In this document: positions 25,401-38,395 of the stretch, one piece after another | How positions within the stretch are numbered: position 1 is the stretch's first letter | How the letters are laid out: each line of letters opens with the position of its first letter | Assembly: GCA_964057225.1 (NCBI GenBank) | Contig: OZ059897.1 | Coordinates: forward strand, 15,190,001-15,254,000 | Reading direction: 5' to 3' | DNA length: 64,000 nt | DNA from: Auanema rhodensis | Taxonomy: Eukaryota; Animalia; Nematoda | The notes under the pieces: model-generated | Seen by the model: the letters and a program-made list of their open reading frames with translations, nothing else | What the model was told of the DNA's origin: nothing | Database searches by the model: none | Translations under genes and position numbers: made by a program

Positions 25401-25838
25401 CCCAGGGTTAGTAATTTTTGGATCAGCAAATAAGTTACTCATGATAACACAACGAACAAAGTAAGATCAAAGGAAGGGAAAGAGAAAGGGAAAGAAAAGA
25501 GAAAGAGAAAATGCTACAAAACAGAAAGAGAAAACAAAAAAATATGAAAACTCTAAAAAAACAACTGAGCTAACCAGATGCTGAGGTCAATTGTAGTCGG
25601 TATATCCAATCTATTATATTCTTCTGACGCTTTTCAGTGAGTAAAGGATCAAGCTCTCCGAGAATATCAAGAGCAGACAAGCCAAAAAAAAGTAAAGTTG
25701 CTCTAAAAAACTGGTGACTATGAGAAATATTAAAGTATCTTACTGATTAGTTTCTAAAGCCGAATAATATCCAGGGAATACACTGATGTGACGGAGCAGA
25801 AACGATAAGTGCTTCTTGGATATTAAAAAATCGCTCAT
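22421..25838 (-). CDS. PGGT1B: Geranylgeranyl transferase type-I beta subunit; intron 2 (23427-25574) hosts a nested gene
   Basis: Exons 1-2 (...FFGLSALDILG...IDWIYRLQ) splice in frame to GSEICGFRGS. Later motifs are ESDMRFVFCA, ESHGGSTYCAIASL and GRAHKPDDTCYAFW. Confidence 0.9.
23545..25442 (-). CDS. Nested gene, putative TAF1C/Rrn6-like beta-propeller (RNA Pol I initiation factor subunit)
   Basis: Spliced ORF from MSNLFADPK to ...SLWNSFK*. Motifs GEVVLIDSAGMIW, HPRVIYGAADFHVRTVDLR and TYIFDNRVPGKDVLTQDH resemble TAF1C/Rrn6 motifs in order. Gene existence is more certain than family assignment. Confidence 0.6.
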
Positions 25839-26007
25839 CCGACTAAAACTCAAATAAAAATAGTAATGAAATGTTTAAAAAAATTGTATTGGATACAAAC
25901 CACTAGAAAAAAAAATAAAATTTAAGTATAAATATCATAATTCAATCTGATATAACAATGAACAAATCTAATCTGTTTCCTATAAATACATCAAAAATCA
26001 ACAAAAA

Positions 26008-27650
26008 TTAACGATTGAGAAGCAGAGAGGAGAATTTATTAACAGTTTCCATATTTAAATCTTCTACACTTGTTATGTTCTCGTAATATGGTTTAGCCTT
26101 GTATAATTGAATACCTGTGAAATATTTAGAATAAACTGATAGTTACTGAAATACTAACCTTTTTCAATCCATACAATATTTTTGGTAGTGCTTTCACTAG
26201 ATAAATCTAGGGTGTTTAATTGAAAAGCTACAAGATCCAATTTACCATCCACTAGTTGTACACCTTTCACAACCTAGAGGTAGATAATAGACTCTTTACA
26301 ATTTTGAAAGAACTGACCACTGGTGATTTCGTTAAATCTCTTGGGTTTCTCATAGCTTCTGTAATGGCTGCTCCAAACGTATGAAGAATAGCATTAGCAG
26401 CATTTTCTTCTCTGAAAAATACTTTCATCAAATAATACCACAGTTAAACTCTAAACCTTGTCCATGGATATTTTTGATCTTGTTCTCTCGTCCATAAGAG
26501 AGTATGAATGGATAGCTTAGATTGCGGTCGAGATACCACAGCATCTTCATTATATATGTGATCAGATCCAAGATCAATTAAAGGTGAAAGAGGATATATT
26601 TCCGGAATAACTTCATCACTATAAACAGTAGTGTTAATATAAAAAAGAACCTTCAATTAACTTGAATCTTTCTACTTCTTCAGGATTTGCCCAGGGGGTG
26701 ACAGGTTTCTCGCCTTGCAAAGTTATATGAGGTTGGAATCGTAAAACGAAGGGGCTAACATCGAAAGAAGGGGACGATTTTATTAAAGCACTGATAGGCT
26801 CATCTCTATCAATCCTAAATAAAATATTAGATTGATTAAAAGGTGAAAAAAACCTCAAATAATCCTTAACTCGTCCTGAATGAAGACCAGCTAGTGTTAA
26901 ATGTCTTGTCAAATTTTCCAATATGATATTACTTGAAAAAAATAAATATTAAATCAAAATAGATTATATTAAGCTTACTTTTTTTTGATTACAGGAGTGC
27001 CGAACACTCTTGGATGCTTAACCCAGAAAAGTACTGGATCAAATCGACGAGGAAGCTTTTCCAAAGTGGGATCATAACGTTCAGCATGTAAGATAGCATC
27101 GCAAACCTATATAATTATATGAAAAGCATATATATCTTTTAAATTTTGCTTACGTTTTGTTCAGTAAGATCACATCCATGTTGATTGTGTACTACTGTTT
27201 GAGGAAGTCCGTGATGTATAATTGATTTCGAGAGCAGAGCAGCTTGGGCAATTCCATCACTCATTGGCTCAGTACCATCAAAAAGATAACATCTTACAGG
27301 ATGATACAATGGGTGATCCTAAATAAATGCGACTCGGTAAAATAGAAACCAATTAAAGAAACTGAACCTCAATGCTTGGAGCTCTGAAAGCTGGATGGTT
27401 AGTTTTCTCATTTTTGACTATATCATTACTGAAAAACCCTGGACTATTAGGATCATGTACAGGTACTCCTAGAGCCTTAACAATCATGGTCATAAATGAG
27501 TAATTGAACAATTCTCAAAGCTACCTTTACAGCTTCAGGAATTTGAAAAGAAGGTAATTTACGAGCATTACGAGAATTGAGAATTTCTTTGAATATTCGA
27601 GTATCCATCTTTCCCCATTGTTTTACAGCTTTATATTTACGAAACACCAT
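26008..27650 (-). CDS. mrpl-37: Mitochondrial ribosomal protein mL37 (PDCD9/L37 family)
   Basis: C-terminal VQLVDGKLDLVAFQLNTLDL...KNIVW. The start MVFRKYK is inferred. Confidence 0.8.
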
Positions 27651-28264
27651 TACCTTAATAAGGGAAAAGCTTTAGAATGTATAAAATAAAATTTTAAAAT
27701 TTTTGATTCAACTATTGAAGCAGCTGCAGTTAATCGTGCTCCATTTGAAAATAGCATTGGAGCGCGGTTCAACCTAAATTCACTTTCAATTTCCGGTCTG
27801 CGCTGTTTTACACTTTCTTTGTTTATGAACAAAACATTGAAGTAATACGCACGAAATTTTTCTGAATGGGGTTGTCTTAAAGCAACTTGTCTTTCTAATG
27901 AATGATGACCTAATTTTTTTTGTTTTGTATTGGTTACTATTATAAAAGAAACATATATGTTTGAAAAATCTTTATTGATTCCTCTTGTTTTCCGGAGCAA
28001 CTATAGCTTCCTAGGACTCGTCATTTATATTTTTACAGACTATAAACAATTTGTAACATGAAAGCTACACGTAGCAAAAGAAAAATAAAGTAACAATGTA
28101 AAGATGTAAATTCATGCACAGGGTCAAAGAGGAAATTTTAAGAGCACTCGTAACATGAAGAGTAATCGAGAAAACAGCAAGTGGTTTCGTATATTCCTTG
28201 AGAGAAGGTATGAAGTTCTCCAAAATTCAATTAATTTTTAAAAAAAATAGGAGATCGAATATAT

Positions 28265-29277
28265 TCAACCAAATCGTTTTGTTTTTAGTTGTTCGTTCAT
28301 AGCTTCACATATTTGCGACACTACCACTGTTGATGTGTCTCCAGCCACTGATAAACATATGCCCTTTTCTCTACAAGTAAAAATGAAAACATTGTAAGAT
28401 AAGCTTATTACCTGTAATAATCCAAAACTTTTGCTTCAGTTTTTTCATGCACTTCTAGCCGCCTATAAATACTTCAAGGTCATATAAAGGGATAGCTAAG
28501 TAATACCTTCGGACAATTTCGGAAGCATCATCTTCTCGTTTAACGAGTTCTTCGCCAGTGATATCATCTTTACCCTATAAAACAAATACAAATTATTTTT
28601 CTTATAAGAAGAATCGCACTTCTAATTTAGGAGGATTAAAATCTAAATTATAAGACCTTCCTGATCCAGGATGTACCAACTGTTTACTCATTCTATCAAT
28701 AAGAACTTTTTTTGGAACCTAAAATATTTTCGGCTTTTGGTACTAAGATTGGCAAAGTTCGTACTTTTAATTCTACAACAAGGTTAATAGGAGCAACTTC
28801 TTCAATCATTTTCACTTGATGCAATGATCGTGGATAACCTTTAACAAATATTTAAAAATATGATAGCACAGCTAAATTATACCATCTAATATCACTTTAT
28901 TTCCAGATTGAACAACACGTTGTAATAACAATCCATTTAATAAACTATCAGGGATTAGTTCGCCTTTCTTGATAAATGATGATACTCTCTGACCAAAATC
29001 TGTAACCTTATATCTTGCTTCAATTGCCTATAGTTTTTACAAAAAATGAAAACTTGATTTATAAGAATGCCAAAAAAAAGTTCAGAAAATAGTTGTCTTT
29101 GTATATACTACTATTAGAAAAATAACGCAAAAATTGCCAACCTGTGCCTTTTTTCACTTGATCTCTAATGATATCTCCAGCAGAAAAATAATTGAATTGT
29201 TCATACTCTTTAAGAAGCATTCGACATATTGTGCCTTTACCACTTCCAGCAGGCCCTGTTACAAGTAGCCGATACAT
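28265..29277 (-). CDS. AK3: Adenylate kinase, AK3-like GTP:AMP phosphotransferase
   Basis: P-loop [15 protein letters not shown], and LID region [16 protein letters not shown]...[15 protein letters not shown]. Confidence 0.9.
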
Positions 29278-31624
29278 TTGCTGAATATTTATAATAAAGT
29301 TAATAGAATGGTCTGAAAATATATATAATGATATACTGTTTGATAGAGTTAGGGCAGAATATGAGAGTTGTTTATAGGTCAAATGGTATAGTGAAGAACT
29401 AGGCAGTATTCGACAAACGAATAGTGCATGATTCTCAGAATCAAGAAAAAAAGCAGATTTTCGTAGAAATTCGAAAAAGCTTTAGATTAAGAGAAAATAT
29501 TTATTGAAATAGTTTTTTGATATTAACTGTTGCCATTATAAGTTGATATACTAAAGTAATCGTATTTGCAAATTACGAAAGATTACGAACAGATGTTGGC
29601 AAACTACGAAGAACAAATATAGTTCAACTAGAGCTCTTGAGAAAAACAAGTTAATATTCATAATTTGGAACTAAGAATTTTCTTATCGATCTGTTTAAAG
29701 TTTAAGATCAACATTAGAACAAAAAAAAAGTATTGATTGGGTGCGTTCAGATGATGAAATAGAAACAACTATGATTGAATTATTGGAATAGATGAACTAA
29801 AATACAAATAAACTATATTAAAGCTTAAACAATAATTTTAAAACTGAATAAACAAGGTATCGTTCAAGTGGAATATCAATTCTGGCGCGCAACTGTGTAG
29901 AGCAGACGCGGCTCTCAAACACTAAACTTTTTACAATAAAGAGATGATGGCATGTGATTGGGGTTGAAAGTCAGCTGTGGACGAAAAACCAAACGAATCA
30001 CCACACGTGATGTGAGTGGACAACAAAGAATTTTGTGAAAGAAAAGTCTACCAAGAGGAAGTCTTCTCGTTCGAGAAAGTTTGTAGTACTGCCAAAACAA
30101 TAAATACTTAGATTAAGAGATCAACACAAACATTAGTAATAAGTATTTCCTTAGTTTTTTAGGTATAGATTGTTCCAGCTTACTATAGAAAAATTCACGA
30201 TGATGTAAAACTTTGATTAGATAAAGCAATGTCGCGTGAAGCACCTCGTGCAGAACCTCGTGCACCTGATTGACCCAGACTTATCAGATAATTTATAAAG
30301 AATGTTTGCATATATATATTTTTAAAAAAATTAAATAAACTACTATAACGAAAATATATAATGTTTAAGCTGGCATATAAGTTGGATGCGCCAAATGTAG
30401 TTTTGGCACCGATTATTCCAACGTCGATCTGCGTACTTTTTATGTAAAAAGGGCAGCAGCTGCAATATTTTGCAGGATGAACGCTGAATTCGTTTGCAAA
30501 AAAGACCATATCAAGATTGATCGAACGGATTGACTGGACTAATTTACGTGCAAACTGAAGATCGCGCTCACTTTTGATTATATTGCTGATAATGGATAGA
30601 AACAATTAAATGACAATAACTTATGTCGAATATACGAATATTTAAGCCAGTTAATAAGATGAATTGTTCGTAGTAAATCATTAGTATATGTCAGTATTGG
30701 TGTTATTACATATTCGAGAAGTAAATAATATAAATTGAAGATATAGAAGTATGCATACATATAGATATTGACTATATGGAACGGATTCTTTAAAAATTCG
30801 TTCAACTGTTTCTAAAGTATGTCTGCTGTGATAGACAAGATAGGAAGCCACTGTTTGTTCAACGCATTTGCAGGATAACGTAAATTTGCCGACTGCCACC
30901 TGTGAAAGACTAGAACGACCCAGTGTTCTTGTTACAACACTTAAGCAAGGTGATAGCAATGAAAGTTTCAGAAGTTTGCAAATTCTTGACGAGAGTTGAT
31001 GATTATTGCTTTTAATAATGTACCCGAATTCTCGAAAGATTAACACATTCGTACATCGAAATGCTTTTAATATTCTCACTTTATAGATATTATTTGATAA
31101 TGGTCATAAAATCACATCACATTATGTAGAAAAAAAACATTGAAAAAATTTTTATTAACGAAATATTTTTGCGAGCATTCATATAGTGTGATCTCACGTG
31201 AACTTTAGAAACTTTTGATTACGCTTTTGCTGTCGCATTCTACGTAATCACATGAGCTAACTTTGTGAAAGACGAAATAGAGGAATGTGAAATATGCAGC
31301 TATTTTGTTTTTTCCATGATAATTATTTGAAGGTTTTATTATTATTCCTGTTTTTCCTATTAACCATATCAAACTTTTAATTATACGATATAATAATGAT
31401 GTAAAATATTATATTTTTGTGATTTTGAATTAATTTCATACTTCACCCGAAACAAAAAAAAATGAAAAAAAAAACTATAATTTTTATTAAACGTTATTAC
31501 TGATTTTAAAATTTACAAACAATATTAAAACGATAGAACAGAAAAAAAAATACAATCGGGGATAAAAACGGAATGTCTAAATTTTAAATAATTATTTCTG
31601 AAAGAAACATGGATAAAACATGTA

Positions 31625-31631
<7 letters not shown>

Positions 31632-31655
<24 letters not shown>
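31632..31655. repeat. (TA)n microsatellite
   Basis: Visible directly in the sequence. Confidence 0.85.
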
Positions 31656-31656
<1 letters not shown>

Positions 31657-31861
31657 AATACCTGTAGATAAAAAATCATATGAGATGATTATTTGCTTAG
31701 AGATACACCCGAAAAAGGAAAAGTGAGTTTACATCACAGAAAAGCATGAAATGATGATGATTGATAAATAAGCTCTTTAAAAAGAGATTTTAGTTTGACT
31801 AGAGATAAAAATACTTATTTTATATAGTAAAAACCTGTATTGCCATTTACTGTTTTGAATT

Positions 31862-34800
31862 TTATAAGTGTTTCACGGTATGGAAGAACCAATTGGTTTT
31901 AGTTGACCATGAACCATTGAAGGCTTCGTCAAAAATTTCTGAAAAGAATTGACCAGCTTCCTCTCGATTTGAATCATCAACTCTCAATGTCTTCTGAAAA
32001 AACATTCAAAGAAATAAAGAAAACAACTGGAAAAACTGAAATGTACCTTTAGGTGATCGAGATCAGCTTCTGTTGATAATTCAGGTAAGTCCATAGATCG
32101 CATGGCAGTGAATAATGACGAAAAAAGTAATCTCTCCTCCCATAACATTAAATAAGCGTCACCACATAACTGGCGGAATCTTCAATTAAAACATTTTAAA
32201 AGTATCTAAACAAACTATTAGTATACTTTACAACATCATGAGATGACTTTGAAACAGGATTTCCCTTAGCTATGAGGCACAAAAAGTGTTCTGTCAGAAC
32301 AAATGGCACCCGATCTCGTTGAATCCCTAGTTTAGTTTTACCATGACCTAATATATGTCCAAAATCTATGTGTAAAAGTTTTCCATCCCTTGTGAGCATT
32401 ATATTATCATTATGACGATCCTTAAAATATATTTTACAAAAATAACGCATGGAATCCCAAACCTTAATTCCCATAATGAAAGTTGCAACTGAGTATCCAA
32501 CACAAGACATCAAAAATCTATCTACACATTCCAAATAGCTGAAAATATTAGTGTTGGACAAAAATTAACAATCTATTATAGTACACTTTACTATGTACGG
32601 CAATATTTCTAACATATTTATTAAGGAAAGTGGTTTCTAAAGACTTAACGGCTGTTCCCATTTTACCTCCTTCTGATTGAATTTCAAAGATTGTTGAGCA
32701 GTTTGGAACAACACCAATCATTCCCACCTAAAAAACATGTTAGGATCACTTTGATTCAAATATAATTTTACCTTAACTCCTGTAGGTAAAACTGGATAAG
32801 GACTTAAACAACAATCAAGCTGATTTCTTTTCCATACACTATCCATTACTTCTAAAACTTGGAGAACAAGCATATCTTGACGAAGATCTGAAAAAAATTT
32901 AATGAAATATTGTGAAAGAATATCCAAAAATTGTACCGTCTCCATTTTTGAAAATTATCTCATGTACTGGCAAATGATGATCAGACAACGGATTTACATT
33001 TTTCCAACTTAAGCGTAATGGCATCTTAGCACTTCCGAGAACTTTACATTTATCAATACTGAAATAAAATTAAAAACATAGTTTTCATTTTTGCTCATTT
33101 TGTATACATTAGCTCTCCCAAAACATCAGATGGATCAAGAGGAGAATCGATATTTTCCATTAAAATGCAATTTTCTCTTAATTCTTCACGTAATCTCTGG
33201 AAAGACATGAGTTTATAAAGAACTAAAATTACTAAACCTTTGAAGCAGCATCACGATCCTTATACGTCTTGACAACTGAACTAACTTTTGATAGAAATTC
33301 CACCATTTCAATCTGTACATATAAATATATGTATGTATATATATATTAAATTTTTTGTTGATTTTTGATATTTAGATCACATACCTGCTTTAGAATAGTT
33401 GTAATATGCTCATCATTTCCACGGAGATAGGCTTCAATTAATAAAGCGAATCGTTTGAAAAGTTCTGGGTTAGAATGACCAGAAAGACCTTCTCTTAAAA
33501 GCAATGAAAATTATTTGACTAGTTGAAACGTATTTAGCTTACCTAAGTCCAATTAGTTCCGCTCGAAGTAGCCAGAAGCATTTATGTCCTAAACGATAAT
33601 CCGACAGAGATCTTTTCAAGAGAAGATGAGCAACATCAGAATCAGCATACATTTCACATTTGAGAGCCTACAATACATAAGTAAAGCAAAATAATGATGT
33701 ATATGCTTTATTAAACTTACTTGTATAAGTGGAAGAATAAATAAAGCAAAATCATGATTATTGAGTAGAAAATCAATTTGTTGAGCAGCAAATTTTCTAA
33801 TTAATCGATCAGTGCACCTATGAAAAAAAAATGATTAAGTTAACTAAAACAAATATACTTCGAAGATAGAATAGTAATTGCAGCCGGAATACTAAGATCA
33901 CCCCAACCGCCACACATTAGCTTTGTATAAATATCTCCAAAAGCTTCACGAGTTTCCCACATTAAACGAGTTTCCATAAGAAGGAGTAAAGCATCAGGCA
34001 AATGAACAGCTATTAAGTTTCTATAAAATGTCATGTTTCAAACAAACAAATACGAGAAGCATACCGTCGATCCCACACAAATTTTTGTTCCTTCGCTTGA
34101 AGCCCCTCTCCAAGAAACCTCCTCTCTAGAAATTTCTCTAGAACAGGCATAGCCTCAGGATCTTTCTCCTGAAACATCGGAACGTTTTTCTCGTAAGAGT
34201 ACAACAACTAACAGGCTCTTCATCCCTAGTTATTCCACCATGACGAGCATCATAAAATTCTTTCCATTGAATATCATCTACAACTCGACAATGTCGACGT
34301 CCACTTGATTCTCGAGACGTAACAGTGGTTGTCGTTTCGAATGTTAAACGGCATTGGCTAGCTAAAAATTACTGTATATAATATAAATATACTATTCATT
34401 AAATAACCTGAACGACCATGTATTTTTGTATCAATAGCTCCAATTTTGCCATTTGGAGGAGCTTCATAATCACTTGTCCACAAAGCAACTGTGAAATTTC
34501 CTAGCTGCATCTCACCTTGCCAATCATACATCGGGAGATTCACCCATCCAACTTGATTAAAGGGCATTCTCTCCTCCTAAGATGAAAAGGTGAAGATCAA
34601 CCCAAACTTCTTATTGCTACATTATCCTTTGACTTTTTTCCTTTACTTTCCTCCTCGTTTTTCTCTTTCACAAGTTGGAAAAATTCGGGGTAACCACTAT
34701 AAGTATCCTTATTTCCATCAATATCACGACTAAGCGAAACAATTATAGTATTTTCACTTGGCGAAAACTCACTTTTTACCAGCTTCCGCAGGTTTTTTAA

Positions 34801-36751
34801 TTTTATCTCTTCTAAGTTCAAAAACTTGGATACTAAGAATAAGTGATTCAGGTACATCTTTCATATATATACCAGTATATATACCAGGCTGAAATGATGA
34901 CGGAGATATGAGTTTTCAAACTTGACCAATGTAATAAAACGTATTCAAAAAACATACTTCGAACCACCTGGGATTCCTAGGAGATATTTCTCGTGAAGCT
35001 ACTTGAGAGAGAATAACAGAGCCCACGTAGAAAGAAAACGTAACTACAATCTAAAACACATACCTCTTAAATATAGATAAAATAAAACTCACTGTTGAAT
35101 TGTAATCATGATATCCACCCATATTACTATATGTAATAGGTCTTATCAACAAATTTTCATCAACTGTCCATAAACTAGGTAGTGTGTCCTTAGGATCCAT
35201 TTCAGCTCTCGTCTCTTCAGCTAACACATAGTAAGGCTGAGAAAAAAACATATATTATAACTAATGAGTGATTAAACTTTGACAAGAGGACGTGGTTTAG
35301 GATAGTTCTTAAGAACAATACTTTTTCTTCTTAATACAAAAACAGGATCAACATAATTACTTAAGCAGGACCTCACAACCTGAATTTCTAAAATTCATAA
35401 TCATTTTTGAAAAATGAAGGTTACACTAAAAGCCACTAATCTTCGACTTCTCGTAAGAAAGGATTTTCTACCAGCAATTTGAAGAAGGTATTCTTCGTTA
35501 TCATATTGCTAAAAATTAGAAACCAAATCTGGTTTTTTTTTACTTGATACTTACTATTTCTCTCTCTGTAAGCTTCTCCAAAGCTTTAGATATTAATAAC
35601 TGGGGATCAAAATCTTCACAGAAAGGAACTTCTACTGATAAACTATCGGCATCTATTCCTTCTTCTTCAGCATCACGAGATCTGTAGAACAATATGTATT
35701 TCATTTTTGAAGCTGAAACCAATATTATTTTAAGCATAGATTCAACTTGGGCTACCGTTAATCTTTGAAACAAGACGAGATGGACATTCATCTTTAAGAT
35801 CTAACAAGTCTTCTTCAGGAAAAGCGTAGTGATCATATCCACCACTACCTCGGCTTCTGACAGTCTCATTCGTTACCCTCCATAAACTTGCTCTATAAGC
35901 CTTAAGCTCATCAGAGAGATCTTGATCTAGAACATCAACTGAAAGTCCCAAAGCTTGTCCTGGATAATATTATATATGTGACCTAATTTCAATGAGTATC
36001 TTACCAACGCCTCTTGAAAATTCTTTTTCATGACGAGCTCCTTCAGGTTCAAAAAGGAAAAGAAAAGGAAACGGAGTCGTTAAATCAAGTTTGTAAAGTT
36101 CAAACTTTAAATTTTCTAATATTAAAAATACTTTGAAAAAAACAAACATCTTCATTATATAATATTTCTAATTCTCCACTTGATTGACGAAAAGCTCGAA
36201 AAACATAATCTGAAGGCTCCATAGAAAAACTTGAAACGTTCATCCTGAACTTATTAAAAACTTTAAACACATCACTCTGAGAATTAAAAAACCTTTTCAG
36301 TTTTTCAAAAACTTCCGCTTTAAGTTTAACTAAAGTTATTTCTGTACTGCATAGAACTGATACTTGCATCCATGGAAATAACACCTAAGTATATTGTTAG
36401 GCTGTGCTGTATCTTTTTAATTACTGTTATATGCTCAATCTCTTCTTTGTTACAGCCAAGTGGAGATAGATCAATATATTGTACTGGCGTAGACGATGTC
36501 GAGCATAATATTGAAGGACTATCTTCAATATTTAAAACTGGCCTAAAACAGTAAAGCTTAAATGAGAAATATCATCGCAGTAACCTTGGCCGATTCCGAC
36601 ATTCGTTAATCAAAGCTTGTAACGCGAGGTTAATTCCTGCTAATTGACTCGGACGCCTTTCCGAAGGAGCCGGGCTAACAAGTCGTGGTTCAACTCCAAA
36701 AAAATCACAACGCGATGATCCACCCCGGTTACGAGCAATATCATTACTCAT
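31862..36751 (-). CDS. age-1: Class I PI3-kinase catalytic subunit
   Basis: [31 protein letters not shown] and C-terminal [17 protein letters not shown]2/PIK-like segments lie upstream. Confidence 0.93.
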
Positions 36752-36888
36752 GCTTAAAATATTATTTTGGAAGTAAAGGTAAATAATAATTATCAAAAGT
36801 ACTGATGACAATAACATTCCCATCTTAATACACAAAGTCATACATCGAAAGTTTATCAGATATCATACAGTATGAAAATTATAAAATT

Positions 36889-38249
36889 TTATTGTTGTCT
36901 AGAATACGATGAAGATCCACTAGATGATTGGGCTTGACTTTGTCGAGCTCCTCCTGCTTGAGAACCTGCGGGAGCTCGGCTTACGTTTGTATTCCGAAGT
37001 CCTTCTCCGCACATAATTGCTCGAACTAGTTTAACAGTATCTTCTTTATTATGAGAGGGCTAAAAAAAAAGATAAAATTTTCTCGAATAAAATGTTCTAT
37101 AGATTATTATATTGCATGTATGTAACATAATCTCAACATTCCCAATCTCAACTAACAGAGCTTCAGATTAATCTCCTAATCCTCAAGATATACAAGACAA
37201 AAGAATGAGAACTGCGAAAAATCTAATATGAGGCGATTCGTGTTTATCCCATCAGATCTTATCGAAAAGTATCATGATTGATTAGCTGCAAGGTGTAGTG
37301 ATTGCAGTAAGCCTAATCTCATATAAGAAACTTCATCATATGGTGACAACACAAACATACTGCTTTCATCGGAAAGGAGTCAAACCATAAACTATATTTT
37401 CCCAAGTAATCTCTCATACCATCATACTACGGTTCACCTAAATCCAAGTAGAAAACAATACCTTTTCCATTAGACTTTCATAGTTCGCTTTATCAGCAGT
37501 AGGAAAGGAAACTAATAACATATCCACATGCTTGTTAAGGTTTGCTATTTGTCGTCCAACCATTTCATTCTCTGCATTAAGTATATTTAATGATAAAACT
37601 AAATATAGAAAACCAACGCTTAGAAGTTCGTTCCTGTTCAATGCCTAATTCTTCTGTCTCCATTTCAGGAGTATACTTTGTTTTCAAATAGTCTGGTACT
37701 ATGTCATGATTCCAGGCATAAATTCGATGATTAGTCAAATTCTGAAGAAAAAAATATAAGTATAGTATAGAAAGAAATATAGCCAACAATCAATTCCTCA
37801 TCCGGTTCTAATTGCAGTCGTTGTGGAACCATAACATGAGTTCTTAATAATGCTCCATGGTCTTCTTGTCCTTAAGAGAACAATATATTTAAAAACCGAC
37901 AATATTTATTGATTTCCACATACCAGCAAGAATTCCACTTTTTTTAATTAAAGCTTGAATCTGGGTGTATGCAGCTGCGATTGCAGAGAATTTTTCTAAC
38001 ATAACAGGCCTGAAAATTAAACTTATAATAATGAAAAAAAAAAATTTGTACCATGGCACTTTCTCTTGTAGATCCAGCATATATAACAACTCTTCTATAA
38101 CCTTTTTGGCATCTGTGACTTTTTGTTCGATAATTATTAAAGCGTCATTAACCTAAATTTTGAATATTCACTAGTATTACGTTTACTCAAACCTTTTTAG
38201 AATCATTTTGATAATTTGAAACAATTGGAAGGGGAAAAGGTGACGTCAT
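36889..38249 (-). CDS. mdt-8: Mediator subunit 8
   Basis: [26 protein letters not shown] and [17 protein letters not shown]. Confidence 0.85.
37248..37344 (-). ncRNA. Candidate intronic box C/D snoRNA/scaRNA in the last mdt-8 intron
   Basis: Box C ATGATGA (37333-37339), box D CTGA (37252-37255), terminal CCA/TGG stem, D' ATGA, C' ATGATA, and an internal hairpin GATTAG..CTGCAA/TTGCAG.CTAATC. Confidence 0.65.
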
Positions 38250-38395
38250 CTAATAAAGAATATTAAAAATACAGATTTCATTTTCATATCAATAGTTACT
38301 TCGATTAAAACGCAATAAATTTAAAAAAAATTAATAAATATGTTTATAAATGAGATTATTCAAATTATACACGTATATACAGTAGTAATACTTGA

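Noticed and set aside
27650-28000. 116-aa ORF as an N-terminal extension of mrpl-37
   Set aside because: It ends at a stop abutting the inferred mrpl-37 ATG. The region looks like promoter/outron sequence, with an inverted GTGCTCCA/TGGAGCGC pair.
30195-31079. Possible gene or pseudogene between AK3 and age-1
   Set aside because: There are some intron-like GT..AG segments on the plus strand and low-information ORFs on the minus strand, but no consistent open spliced frame or recognisable domain could be assembled.
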